64,000 nt of DNA, taken from Nitrosopumilus sp. (GTDB lineage Archaea > Thermoproteota > Nitrososphaeria > Nitrososphaerales > Nitrosopumilaceae). The stretch lies in NCBI GenBank assembly GCA_963662625.1, contig OY759726.1:544001-608000 (forward strand), written 5' to 3'. Shown one piece after another: positions 53,839 through 63,692 of this stretch (position 1 is the first letter of the stretch; every line of letters starts with the position of its first letter). The position numbers were made by a program, and so were the translations under genes. The notes below the pieces were generated by a model. It was not told the DNA's origin. It made no database searches and saw only the letters and a program-made list of their open reading frames with translations.

Positions 53839-54372
53839 ATGTCGATAGTGCTCACCGGGACGCCGGGCGTCGGAAAGCACACGGTCGCCGGGAAGCTCGC
53901 CGGCAGGCTGGGGCTCGGGGTCGTCGACGTCAACCTAGTGGCCCGGGAGTCCGGGCTGGTCGGGCCCGGCGGCGACGTGGACGTGCGGGGGCTCGCCGCG
54001 GCCATGGGCGAGAGGCTGGCGGCGCCGGCCCTGGTGGTGGGCCACCTGGCGCCGTACGTGCTGTCCCCGGGGCAGGCCAGGCGCGTCATAGTCCTGCGGA
54101 GGGACCCGTACGGGCTGCTTGCGACGTACGCAGGCAGGGGGTACTCCGAGGAGAAGAGCACGGACAACGCCGGGAGCGAGATACTGGGGGTGATCCTCCA
54201 CGACGCGAGGGGCAGGTTCGGGGACATGGTCGTCCAGGTGGACGCGTCGGACGGGGACGCTGCGCTGCGGAAGGCGGAGGACGCCGCGTCCGGGGGGTGG
54301 GGCGGCGACGAGGTCGACTGGCTCGGGCTGGTGGCGCGCAACGGGGACCTTGGGAAGTTTTTTCCTTATTGA
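53839..54372 (+). CDS. adenylate kinase family protein (AK6/Fap7-like)
   Basis: LTGTPGVGK P-loop, VVGH, RGYSEEK..DN..SE. Confidence 0.85.
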   Translation: MSIVLTGTPGVGKHTVAGKLAGRLGLGVVDVNLVARESGLVGPGGDVDVRGLAAAMGERLAAPALVVGHLAPYVLSPGQARRVIVLRRDPYGLLATYAGRGYSEEKSTDNAGSEILGVILHDARGRFGDMVVQVDASDGDAALRKAEDAASGGWGGDEVDWLGLVARNGDLGKFFPY

Positions 54373-54403
54373 TTAAATAACGCCCCCCGGTGGCTATGGT
54401 GGA

Positions 54404-55921
54404 TTGTTCGAGATTGCGAAGAGCGACCTGCGCGGCAGGATAGGCACGCTGCACACGAACCACGGCAAGGTGGAGACGCCGGCGTACGTGCCGGTGATAC
54501 ACCCCGCGAAGCAGAGCATCCCCGCGAGTAAGATCAGGGACATGGGCTTCGACATGGTGATCACGAACGCGTACATCGCCAGGAACAGGTACGGCGGCGA
54601 GGCCGTGGAGAGGGGGATCCACGACATACTCGGGTTTGACGGCGCCGTCATGACGGACTCGGGGGGGTACCAGGTCCTCGAGTACGGGGACGTCGGCGTG
54701 ACGCCGCCCGAGATGGCAGGGTTCGAGAGGGGTATAATGACGGACTTCGCGATACCCCTGGACAGGCCCACCGGGTTCGGGCTCGACAGGAGGACGGCGG
54801 GCGGGCACGTGAGGCACACGCTGAGGGCGTCGCGGGAGGCGCTCGCGGAGAGCGAGGACAACGGCCAGATATGGATCGGCCCGGTGCAGGGCGGCGAGCA
54901 CTTTGACCTCGTGAGGAGATCCGCGAGGGGCCTGCTGGACGCGGGCTTTGGGATGCTCGCCCTGGGCAGCCCCGTCGAGTTCATGGAGTCGTACGAGTAC
55001 GGGCTGCTGGCAAGGATGATAGCCGCGGCGAAGGGCGAGATGCCGCACTCCGTCCCGCTCCACCTGTTCGGATCGGGCCACCCGCTGACCATACCGTTCT
55101 CGGTGGCGCTGGGGTGCGACACGTTCGACTCCGCGTCGTACATGCTGTACGCAAAGCACGGCAGGTACATAACGGAGGACGGGACCAGGCGCGTCGGCGA
55201 CATGCTGGCGTTCCCGTGCAACTGCGCGGTCTGCTCCGACCACACGCCGGCGGAGGTGGCGCAGATGGGCGGGCCGGAGAGGGTCGACGCGGTGGCGACC
55301 CACAACCTCTACGCGATAAAGAACGAGGTGGACAAGGTAAAGCAGGCGATCTTCGAGGGGAGGCTGTGGGAGTACGTGATAAAGAAGGCCAGGGCGCACC
55401 CGAAGCTGTTCGAGGTCGTCGGCGTGTTTGCGGGCAACGCCGGGTTTTTCGCCGGGACCACCCCGGCGTTCAAGGAGAGGGCCATATTCCTGTACGACGG
55501 GACGGACCAGTTCCGCCCCGAGGTGCGGCGCTACCACGAGATTGCTGGCAACTTCAGGTCGGGCAAGAAGAAGCTGCTGATCACGAGGGAGTCGGCCGCC
55601 AGGCCGGCGTACCTGTCCGGCCAGTACGCCTCCCTGAGGGGCAGGCTCGCCGACATCGACGAGTTCCAGGTTTGCCAGTACAGCCCGCACCTCGGGATCA
55701 TCCCGCTCGAGATATCCGACGTGTTTCCCGCCGCGCACCACGAGGCCGCGGCGGGCGACTTTGAGCCGGGCGACTTTCCCACGTTCGGCGAGACGTGGGC
55801 CAGGTTCCTGGGGAACAACAGTTTTTCGGACATATACTACGACAGGGGAGACCGGTTCCTGCGGCACTTTATGAGGAAGGTGCCAAGCGGCGTGAGGAAG
55901 CATTCGCTGAAGAAAAAATAA
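54404..55921 (+). CDS. tgtA: tRNA-guanine(15) transglycosylase (archaeosine)
   Basis: VETPAY.PV, ITNAY, TDSGGYQ, VQGG, HLFG.GHP, GCDTFDSA, C.C..C...HNL. Confidence 0.95.
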   Translation: MFEIAKSDLRGRIGTLHTNHGKVETPAYVPVIHPAKQSIPASKIRDMGFDMVITNAYIARNRYGGEAVERGIHDILGFDGAVMTDSGGYQVLEYGDVGVTPPEMAGFERGIMTDFAIPLDRPTGFGLDRRTAGGHVRHTLRASREALAESEDNGQIWIGPVQGGEHFDLVRRSARGLLDAGFGMLALGSPVEFMESYEYGLLARMIAAAKGEMPHSVPLHLFGSGHPLTIPFSVALGCDTFDSASYMLYAKHGRYITEDGTRRVGDMLAFPCNCAVCSDHTPAEVAQMGGPERVDAVATHNLYAIKNEVDKVKQAIFEGRLWEYVIKKARAHPKLFEVVGVFAGNAGFFAGTTPAFKERAIFLYDGTDQFRPEVRRYHEIAGNFRSGKKKLLITRESAARPAYLSGQYASLRGRLADIDEFQVCQYSPHLGIIPLEISDVFPAAHHEAAAGDFEPGDFPTFGETWARFLGNNSFSDIYYDRGDRFLRHFMRKVPSGVRKHSLKKK

Positions 55922-55945
55922 GAAAAAAAGTGTGCAAGAAGCGGG

Positions 55946-56248
55946 CTACAGGCCCGCGTCTTCTGCCCAGCCTTTTACGAAGACTCCGTTTTCGTGGAGG
56001 GGCACTGGTTGCCCAGCGGTGTAGTTCATAGGCCTCATCCAGAAGATGGACTTCGTCGGGCACACGCCTATGCATGCGCCGTCTGATATGCACCTCTCGG
56101 GATAGTAGACGAATGCCTTGCCCCTCTTCCAGCCTTCTACTGGTTTTACCCTAAGGACATCGGGACCAAGAGACGTACAGATCTCGACACAGAGTGCGCA
56201 TCCGATGCATCTTTGCTCGTCAATGTCCGGCAGTATTGCGATTGGCAT
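55946..56248 (-). CDS. 4Fe-4S dicluster ferredoxin
   Basis: CIGCALCVEIC and CISDGACIGVCP motifs. Confidence 0.92.
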   Translation of the reverse strand: MPIAILPDIDEQRCIGCALCVEICTSLGPDVLRVKPVEGWKRGKAFVYYPERCISDGACIGVCPTKSIFWMRPMNYTAGQPVPLHENGVFVKGWAEDAGL

Positions 56249-56382
56249 TACAGTATAGGTACTCGCCCGTTCCTATTTAAACTATGGTTGAAATCCATAA
56301 CCCTGTTATGGAGCCGATCGCCGGGCGCGCGCAGGCTCCCGTCCCTAGAAATTAAAAAACAAAAAGATGGCGTGTTTCACGC

Positions 56383-56595
56383 TTATTTTCGCATTGCGTC
56401 GATTTGGCCGGAGGTTATCCAGTCAAGCAGTTCAGCTGAAGAAGGATTCAGGTCCGCCTTCTGGCTCATCAGATTGTGCACCCAAATCCAGTTAATCTGG
56501 TTAAGAAGTGGCTTGTTGGCTTCGTCGCCAGCTCTTACCTTGGCAACAACGCTCTGGTCTTGCTGCTGTAACCACTCTTGGTAGCTTCTTCCCAT
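56383..56595 (-). CDS. small hypothetical protein (70 aa)
   Basis: ATG..TAA, TTTAATTA box upstream, T-run downstream, low-GC codons. Confidence 0.75.
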   Translation of the reverse strand: MGRSYQEWLQQQDQSVVAKVRAGDEANKPLLNQINWIWVHNLMSQKADLNPSSAELLDWITSGQIDAMRK

Positions 56596-56706
56596 GATGA
56601 TTGGATCTTAGCTTGCACTAATTAAAGTTTGTGCAGATTCCGTGGTTGGAACAATTAACGCGCCCGTTGCAAGGGTTTTAATGTAGAGGCAAAACCATGC
56701 AATTTC

Positions 56707-57972
56707 TTGATTGTGAAAGTATTGGGGGCCGCAAACGAGGTCGGGCGATCCGGGTTCCTGGCCAAGTGCGACGGGGCCAACATCCTGATGGACTACGGGG
56801 TGATGCTCGGCCGGCGCGACAGGCCCCCGGCGCACCCCGCGCACGTAAAGCCCAAGGACCTCGACGCCATAGTGATCACCCACGCCCACCTGGACCACTC
56901 CGGGAACGTCCCGTCGCTGTTCGTGAGCGGCAAGACCGACGTCTACGCGACCCCGCCCACGCTGGACCTCTCAAAGCTCCTGATAGAGGACATGATAAAG
57001 GTCAAGAAGAACGCTCACCCCTTCGACCTGCCGGAGATAAACAACATGATGCGGAGCGCAAAGCCGACCGGGTTCGGCGAGAAGATCAGGAAGGGCAACG
57101 CGTCGTTCGAGCTGCGGGAGTCGGGCCACGTGATCGGCGGGAGCACGGTCCTGGTGGAATCCGGCGGCAAGCGGCTCTTCTACACCGGCGACGTCAGGAT
57201 CCCCGGATCGAGGATGCTGCGCGAGGCCGACCTGGACGTCGGGGACATCGACATGCTGATCACCGAGAGCACGTACTCGCAGACCGAGCAGGCGCCGAGG
57301 CGCGAGTCCGAGGAGGGGCTGGTCGAGTTCGCAAACGAGGTCATGGACAGGAAGGGCACGCTGTTCGTCCCGTCGTTCTCGGTGGAGCGCTCCCAGGAGA
57401 TCGCGTGCATCCTCAGGGACGCCAACTTCAAGCACAGGATAATCATGGACGGGATGGCGCTGAAGGTGAACGACATAATGTTCAGGCACCCGGACTACCT
57501 AAGGGACCCGGACGTCTTTGCCGACGCGATCAACGGCGCCCTGGAGGTGAGGGGGCAGCGCGACAGGAAGAGGGCGCTGGAGGAGCCGTGCGTGGTGATA
57601 TCCCCGGCTGGGATGCTGGTGGGAGGAAACGCGGTGTACTACCTGCAGCGCCTGGCGTTCGACAGCAGGAACGGCATCGCGCTGGTGTCGTACCAAGGCG
57701 AGGGCACGCCGGGCAAGAAGCTGCTGGAGACCGGCAAGGTGGAGACGAAGGGCAAGGACATGAAGGTCTCCGCTGAGGTCAAGAAGTTCGAGTTCTCCGG
57801 CCACTCCGGGAGGAGCGAGCTGTTCGACATGATCAAGAGGATCAAGGGGAACCCCAAGGTGCTGACGGTGCACGGGGACGCAGAGTCGTGCCAAAAGTTC
57901 GCCGAGGAGATCCACGAGAGGTTCGGGCTGGAAGCGCACGCGCCGTCCGTGAACGAAACCATACAGGTCTGA
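56707..57972 (+). CDS. MBL/beta-CASP ribonuclease (aCPSF2-like)
   Basis: LGAANEVGRS, THAHLDHSG, GHVIG, YTGD, ESTY, FSGHS, VHG. Confidence 0.92.
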   Translation: MIVKVLGAANEVGRSGFLAKCDGANILMDYGVMLGRRDRPPAHPAHVKPKDLDAIVITHAHLDHSGNVPSLFVSGKTDVYATPPTLDLSKLLIEDMIKVKKNAHPFDLPEINNMMRSAKPTGFGEKIRKGNASFELRESGHVIGGSTVLVESGGKRLFYTGDVRIPGSRMLREADLDVGDIDMLITESTYSQTEQAPRRESEEGLVEFANEVMDRKGTLFVPSFSVERSQEIACILRDANFKHRIIMDGMALKVNDIMFRHPDYLRDPDVFADAINGALEVRGQRDRKRALEEPCVVISPAGMLVGGNAVYYLQRLAFDSRNGIALVSYQGEGTPGKKLLETGKVETKGKDMKVSAEVKKFEFSGHSGRSELFDMIKRIKGNPKVLTVHGDAESCQKFAEEIHERFGLEAHAPSVNETIQV

Positions 57973-57973
57973 G

Positions 57974-58816
57974 TTGCCAGGCGCCGGCGCGATCAACCTG
58001 GACCACACCATAAACAGCGGCCAGGTTTTCCTGTGGAGGAGGGACGGCGGGTTCTGGTACGGCGTCGACGGGCAGAACGTCCTCAAGTGCGGCCCGGCGG
58101 GGGTGGTCAAGTCGTACCGCCGCGACCGGGACGATTTTTTCAGGACCGGCGACGACATGGGCGCCATAACGGGGTCCATCTCGAGGGACTCGGTGGTCAG
58201 GAGGTCCGTCGCGCGGTACCCCGGGCTGCGGCTGCTGAGGCAGGACCCGTTCCAGTGCTGCATCTCGTTCATCTCGTCGTCGAACGCCAGCATCCAGAAG
58301 ATAAGGTCCGGGCTGGAGGGCCTCTGCAGGAGGTTCGGGGAGAGGGTGCGGTTCGACGGCCTGGAGTTCCGCCTGTTCCCGCGGCCCGAGAGGCTGGCAG
58401 GCGCGCCCGTCGGCAGGATCCGGGAGTGCGGGCTTGGCTACCGCTCGGGGTACGTCAGCCTGGCGTCGGGGATGGTCGCGGGCGGCGAGGTCGACCTCGG
58501 GGCGATGAGGGCCATGGGGTACGGCGCGGCCAAGGAGCGGCTGCTGGCCATGCCGGGCATAGGGAACAAGGTGGCCGACTGCATACTCCTGTTCTCGCTC
58601 GACAAGCCGGAGGCGTTCCCGCTGGACAGGTGGGTGATCAAGGTGCTGCAAAAGTACTACCCGGAGAAATTCGGGATCCCGGCGGGGTCGGTCACCGGCA
58701 GGCAGTACGGCCTGCTCCACGGCAGGATCGTCGACCACTTCGGCCCGTACGCGGGGTACGCGCAGCAGTTCCTGTTCAAGATGGAGAGGGAGGACGGCGG
58801 GAAGAAGTGGCTGTAG
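57974..58816 (+). CDS. ogg: 8-oxoguanine DNA glycosylase (OGG1-like, HhH-GPD)
   Basis: TINSGQVF.W, GLRLLRQDP, GLGYR, PGIGNKVADC, FPLD, YAGYAQQ. Confidence 0.9.
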   Translation: MPGAGAINLDHTINSGQVFLWRRDGGFWYGVDGQNVLKCGPAGVVKSYRRDRDDFFRTGDDMGAITGSISRDSVVRRSVARYPGLRLLRQDPFQCCISFISSSNASIQKIRSGLEGLCRRFGERVRFDGLEFRLFPRPERLAGAPVGRIRECGLGYRSGYVSLASGMVAGGEVDLGAMRAMGYGAAKERLLAMPGIGNKVADCILLFSLDKPEAFPLDRWVIKVLQKYYPEKFGIPAGSVTGRQYGLLHGRIVDHFGPYAGYAQQFLFKMEREDGGKKWL

Positions 58817-58876
58817 CGCGGCGCGTCGGCGGCGCGGCTCTAAACCCTTAAAATGGCAGCGGCGCCGTAGGTTCTT

Positions 58877-58951
58877 GGGCCCATAGCTCAGCATGGATAG
58901 AGTGTTGGACTTCTAATCCAATGGTCAAGGGATCGAAGCCCTTTGGGCCCG
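58877..58951 (+). tRNA. tRNA-Arg(TCT)
   Basis: GGGCCCA/TGGGCCC acceptor; TTGGA-CT-TCT-AA-TCCAA. Confidence 0.93.
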
Positions 58952-59538
58952 TGCAGTTCCGCGCCACGGTTTTGCTCTGTGGCGCGCGCCGGGGAGGGGA
59001 TCCGAGTCGCGCTGCCCGCCGGAGCGGCGCGGCCCCGGCAGCGGATCCGGCGCGCCCTCGAACACGTCCCACCTGCAGCTCGGCAGGCACTCCAAGAGCA
59101 CCTCCCGGGGGACAGGCCCTGCCTGTTGCAGGTGCGCCGCGTCCGTGATGAAAACGGGATCAAGCACGACACGCCAAACGTCCTACACAGCTGCATAGGA
59201 GAGATGCAGGCACCCATGCGGGCGATGCGCGGCAACGGGTGGATCAAGACCCCCAGGTTGATCCAATGTTTAACACTGACTGCACCATGATCCGCGGGGG
59301 GATCGTTCCGGTCAAAACGAACGGTTACTTGGTGTGTTAGCTATCGTGGCGCCACGCCAGACAAACTAAGGCAGTGGGAGTCGGAGCGGGCTTTCAATCG
59401 GGGTCTTTCTCGCAAACTGGCTTTTGGTGTTTGCTGGTTTCCAACCCAGGCCTTTCCCGGCACCGGAGCCACCCCGCGCCGGGCCGGGCCATCCAACCGG
59501 AAGGCTTGCCGGGGGCAGGCGGAGGCCGCGGCTGGACG

Positions 59539-61197
59539 CTACGCATGCTCTGCAAGCTGCGGGTACTTTTCGCCCAGCTTCGCAAGGAAGTCCCTGGTCT
59601 TCGTGGCGCATCCCGGTATCCCCCTCATGATCTTGACGTGCATCCCTATGTCGTCACGGTCGTACCTGCTCTCCATGGCCTTTAGCAGCGCCGGGAGGCG
59701 TTTCACGTACGCGTCATAGTACTCGGACCGGTGGCTGCCGGCAAACTCGTTGGAGTACGCGTCGAGCAGGTTCAGGTCACCGCTCTCCAGCGCCATCCGG
59801 GCCGCGTCGTCCGTCATTTTTTCATGCAAGAGTATGTCTATGCAGGTGTGCAAGTCCCCTCCCTCCTTGAGGTAGTCAAGCGTGGCCCCCAGTTCCGCGT
59901 CCCAGTCGTCGGCGGCCTCCTTGATCTTTTCATAGTAGCCCCAGTTGTGCGTCATGGCGAACATGTCGCGCAGCATGCCAACCAGGCCCGGATCGCCGTC
60001 CTGCTCCAGCAGGAATATCCGGATCCTCCCGAACCCCTCCGGGTCGCCGAATTTCCGCGACGCCCTCTTGGCGACCCGCAACGCCTTCCCCCTGTCGGTG
60101 TCCGCCAGGTACCAGATGTACTTTACGCACAGGCTCTTGCTCCGCATGTGGTGGCGCAGAAGAAAGTCCCCGAGCGAGCCGTCTTCGGACTTTTCCAGTA
60201 GCAGCGACGCGGCCTCCAGGACGTCGTCCCTGCCGCGCCGCGACTCCTTGGCCGGGACTGCCGGTTTGCGTCCCAGCTGGGACTCGAAGAGGGACATGCA
60301 GTACTTGGCATCCCCGTCGTCCCCGAGCACCTCGTACATCACCTCCAGGTGGGCCAGCGCGAAGCGGCGCGTCTCCTCCCGCATGTACCCCCTGAAGAAG
60401 TACAGCAGGTGCTCCCGCCTCCGGTCACGGTCCAGCCTGAGCTTGCGCACCAGCTCGGCGGTGAGACGCATCGCGCGCTGGAAGCGCCAGGTGTAGTACC
60501 GCTTCATGTCGTTTACGATGCCGATGTTGCCCGAGATGTGTTCGCACATCTTCCTGTAGACTTCCACCGCCTTCTCCGGGTGCCCGCGCTCCTCGTACCC
60601 CTCGGCCATGGCCTCGATCGACTCGAAGCGGACCTTGTTCTTGTCCGTGATGCGGCCGTTCTTGCCCTTTGCGTTATCGTACAGGCGGTCCAGCATGGCG
60701 CCGCATTTGCTAGTGGGCGGCATGGCTGGCCTGGGAGTCCTCGCAAACGGCGCGCCGCGGGATACCTTCCGGCCCCTCGCGTAGGCGCTCCTGATCACGT
60801 ACCGCAGCGCGTCGTCATAGTCCGACACGTCCGGGTCTCCGTCCCCGCCATAAGACCCGCGGTCAGGGGCCTGCGGCAGTGCCGGCGCGTGCGCCGCGCG
60901 GCCCTCGAGCATGCCGAGGCCGCCCGTGGCCTCGTAGACGTGCAGCAGCACGGCCACCACGTGCTTGCAGTACCCGGCGCGGTTGTAGGGGCACGTGCAG
61001 CGGAAGCTCGTCCTCCCGCCGTGCCTCGATATGGACACGGAATACATCCGCCTCCCGCGCACCCTTGCCATCACAAAGTCGTCGCCGATCGACTGCAGGA
61101 TCACCCGGCCCTGCTGGAAGTACAGGCACCCCCGGTCATACGAGCTCCCGGTCGCCAGGCTCCTTATCGCGTTCAGGTCGGATTGGCCGCCGTCCAA
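59539..61197 (-). CDS. SWIM zinc-finger protein with long helical C-terminal region
   Basis: SYDRG..Y...G.V, ARVRG...Y.V, CTCPY-x5-CKH; start uncertain (TTG 61197 follows an AT-rich box). Confidence 0.82.
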   Translation of the reverse strand: MDGGQSDLNAIRSLATGSSYDRGCLYFQQGRVILQSIGDDFVMARVRGRRMYSVSISRHGGRTSFRCTCPYNRAGYCKHVVAVLLHVYEATGGLGMLEGRAAHAPALPQAPDRGSYGGDGDPDVSDYDDALRYVIRSAYARGRKVSRGAPFARTPRPAMPPTSKCGAMLDRLYDNAKGKNGRITDKNKVRFESIEAMAEGYEERGHPEKAVEVYRKMCEHISGNIGIVNDMKRYYTWRFQRAMRLTAELVRKLRLDRDRRREHLLYFFRGYMREETRRFALAHLEVMYEVLGDDGDAKYCMSLFESQLGRKPAVPAKESRRGRDDVLEAASLLLEKSEDGSLGDFLLRHHMRSKSLCVKYIWYLADTDRGKALRVAKRASRKFGDPEGFGRIRIFLLEQDGDPGLVGMLRDMFAMTHNWGYYEKIKEAADDWDAELGATLDYLKEGGDLHTCIDILLHEKMTDDAARMALESGDLNLLDAYSNEFAGSHRSEYYDAYVKRLPALLKAMESRYDRDDIGMHVKIMRGIPGCATKTRDFLAKLGEKYPQLAEHA

Positions 61198-61363
61198 CCA
61201 CGATGGTGGGATCCGGCGCCTTACAAGTATTTTGGTAGTGGCAACATGCCGCGTAACCCTGCCCGAACCGCCCTTGCGGGGCCGTTTTTCGTGCAGGAAG
61301 ACCGGATTGCGCCACAAATTACGGCCCCGCAACCGTTTTAATCTGGATCCGCGCACCCAACGC

Positions 61364-63148
61364 GTGGCGGGGAGGACCTACGGCACGGTGGATGTCAGGC
61401 CGAAGAGCACCATGCGCCATGACTCCAAGCACCACAGCATAGCGATCACCACGAGGCGCGACGTCGAGGAGGTCATAAAGAGCATCATACCGTCGCACGG
61501 CACGCGCCCCCTTACCGTGGAGGCGACCAGCGACAACGTGCGCCTCCTGAGCATGGTCCTCAGCGAGTACCCGATGCTGGTGGCGGGCAAGGACAGGTGG
61601 TACGGCCTGGTGATGGAAAAGGACGAGGCGAAGCACATGCAGGACCTCATCTCGGATCTTGCCCCGGTCACCCCCAACCCGAGGCGCTTCGCGGGGGTGC
61701 TCATGCCCTTCCAGAAGTACGGGCTGGACTTTCTTCTGAAGACCGACGGCAACGCGCTCGTGGCAGACGAGATGGGGCTGGGCAAGACCGTCCAGACGCT
61801 CGCCTTCGTGGCCCAGCGGCCGCAGTGCGTGCCGGTCGTGGTGGTGGCCCCCATCATCACGCTGGAGAACTGGAGGAGGGAGATACTCAGGTTCCTCAGG
61901 CTCGGGACTGGGGACAGGCGCGCCGAGCCGCGAATACGCATAATACGATCTGGCAAGGGGGGCGACCTGGGGCCGGCCGACTTTTACCTCATAAACTACG
62001 AGCTCGTGCACAAGCGCATAAACGACATACTGGCGGCGAACCCGAGGCTGGTGGTCTACGACGAGATCCAGAACCTGCGCCACACCAACACGTACAAGAT
62101 CCACGCCTGCACCGAGCTCTCGGGCCACGGGTCCGTGGCGCACCGCATAGGCCTCTCCGGGACCCCCATATACAACAACGGCGAGGAGATGTTCAAGATA
62201 GCCGAGGTGGTAAAGCCCGGCATATTCGGCACCAAGGAGCAGTTCAAGGAAAGGTTCTTCGAGGTAGACGACGTCTACGGGACCGTGCGCTTCAAGCAGG
62301 AGGAGCTGTCCGAATTCCTGCGGAAAAACCTCATAATCAGGAGGAGGAAGACCGACGTGCTCAAGGACCTGCCAGAGAAGAACAGGCTCCAGCAGGTCGT
62401 CCCCATAGACAGCTCGATGTACGAGGAGAAGATAAGGGAGCTGTACGTCAAGATAGACGGCGCGAAGAGGGCCCTCGGCGCGGCGGCGGGGGGAATGGAG
62501 AAGAAGCGCAGGCTCGCCGAGTTCAATTCCCTGCTCCTGGAGATGAGGATCGAGGAGCGCCAGATAGCTGGGCTTGCCAAGGTGCCGCACGTGGTGGAGT
62601 ACGTCAAGGGCCTCCTCGACGACTACCGGGAGGAAAAGATCGTCGTCTTCTGCCACCACAGGCGGGTGCACAAGGTCCTCCTCGACGGCCTGTGGAACCA
62701 CGGCCCCCTGCAGATAATAGGCGGCCAGTCCGACGCCGCGAGGCAGGAGGCGATAGACAGCTTCCAGAATGCCGGACGCAGGAGGGTCATCATCTGCGGC
62801 CTGCGCGCGGGCAACGTCGGCATCAACCTCACGGAGGCGTCGTACGTGGTGTTTGCGGAGCTGGACTGGTCGCCGGCGGTGCACGCCCAGGCGGAAGACC
62901 GGCTGCACCGCATAGGGCAGAGAAACCGCGTCTTCTCGCACTACCTAGTGGGCGCGGGCACGTTTGACGAGTACATCGCAGACATGCTGACTGCCAAGGG
63001 CGACGTGATAAGGAAGGTGCTGGGGGACAAGGCCGAGGCCACCAACAACCGGAAGGCGTACGAGCTGCTGGAGAAGAGGTTCGGGTTTGGCTCGGGGCTC
63101 ATCGCAGAGGAGCTTGCAAGAAAGCGGCAGGCAGACAGAAGATCGTAG
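61364..63148 (+). CDS. SNF2-family (SMARCAL1/HARP-like) helicase
   Basis: ADEMGLGKT, INYE, YDEIQ, LSGTP, KIVVF, GINLT, WSP....QAEDRLHRIGQ; GTG start after TTTTAAT box. Confidence 0.9.
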   Translation: MAGRTYGTVDVRPKSTMRHDSKHHSIAITTRRDVEEVIKSIIPSHGTRPLTVEATSDNVRLLSMVLSEYPMLVAGKDRWYGLVMEKDEAKHMQDLISDLAPVTPNPRRFAGVLMPFQKYGLDFLLKTDGNALVADEMGLGKTVQTLAFVAQRPQCVPVVVVAPIITLENWRREILRFLRLGTGDRRAEPRIRIIRSGKGGDLGPADFYLINYELVHKRINDILAANPRLVVYDEIQNLRHTNTYKIHACTELSGHGSVAHRIGLSGTPIYNNGEEMFKIAEVVKPGIFGTKEQFKERFFEVDDVYGTVRFKQEELSEFLRKNLIIRRRKTDVLKDLPEKNRLQQVVPIDSSMYEEKIRELYVKIDGAKRALGAAAGGMEKKRRLAEFNSLLLEMRIEERQIAGLAKVPHVVEYVKGLLDDYREEKIVVFCHHRRVHKVLLDGLWNHGPLQIIGGQSDAARQEAIDSFQNAGRRRVIICGLRAGNVGINLTEASYVVFAELDWSPAVHAQAEDRLHRIGQRNRVFSHYLVGAGTFDEYIADMLTAKGDVIRKVLGDKAEATNNRKAYELLEKRFGFGSGLIAEELARKRQADRRS

Positions 63149-63323
63149 GCGGGCCGGCACGGGCACGCCTGGCCGTGCGCCCTGCGCGCCCCCTAAACCC
63201 CGACACCCGCGCCACGTACCCGCCCGTCGCCGCGCGCGCAGGCGCGGGCCCCTCCGCGGCACCCGCGCCTGGCATGCTGGGGCGTCCAAAACCATTATAC
63301 GTAAACGCCGGCTACCCGTACGC

Positions 63324-63683
63324 ATGGAAGTCTTTGACGGGAAGAAGGCCGCCCAGGAGTACATGTCGCAGCATACCCTGGCATTCTCCACCCCGGAGCT
63401 GACCCTTATGCGGTTTGCCTTTTGGCTCGGGGATTCCGTGCCGGACCCGAAAGACAAGGACAAGGCCGTCCCCAGGATGATGACGTTCATGACCGAGCAG
63501 GACCTGGAGCCCGTCATGATCGACGACGGGAAATACGTGCCGAGCGGCGCGGTCAAGAGCACGGCGGCCTACGGCAACGCGTACAGCGAGCAGGTCCAGG
63601 GGGGGAAGTTTTGCGCCGAGTGCGGTAACGGCGTCTCTGACACGGCAAAATTCTGCCCGGAATGCGGGACGGTTGCCGAATAA
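63324..63683 (+). CDS. zinc-ribbon domain protein
   Basis: C-terminal KFCAECG...KFCPECG. Confidence 0.8.
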   Translation: MEVFDGKKAAQEYMSQHTLAFSTPELTLMRFAFWLGDSVPDPKDKDKAVPRMMTFMTEQDLEPVMIDDGKYVPSGAVKSTAAYGNAYSEQVQGGKFCAECGNGVSDTAKFCPECGTVAE

Positions 63684-63692
63684 CCCACTTGA

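Noticed and set aside
48944-55921. Cluster of tRNA-modification genes (taw1, bud32, kae1, tgtA) as a novel system
   Set aside because: Well-known archaeal housekeeping genes with intact canonical motifs
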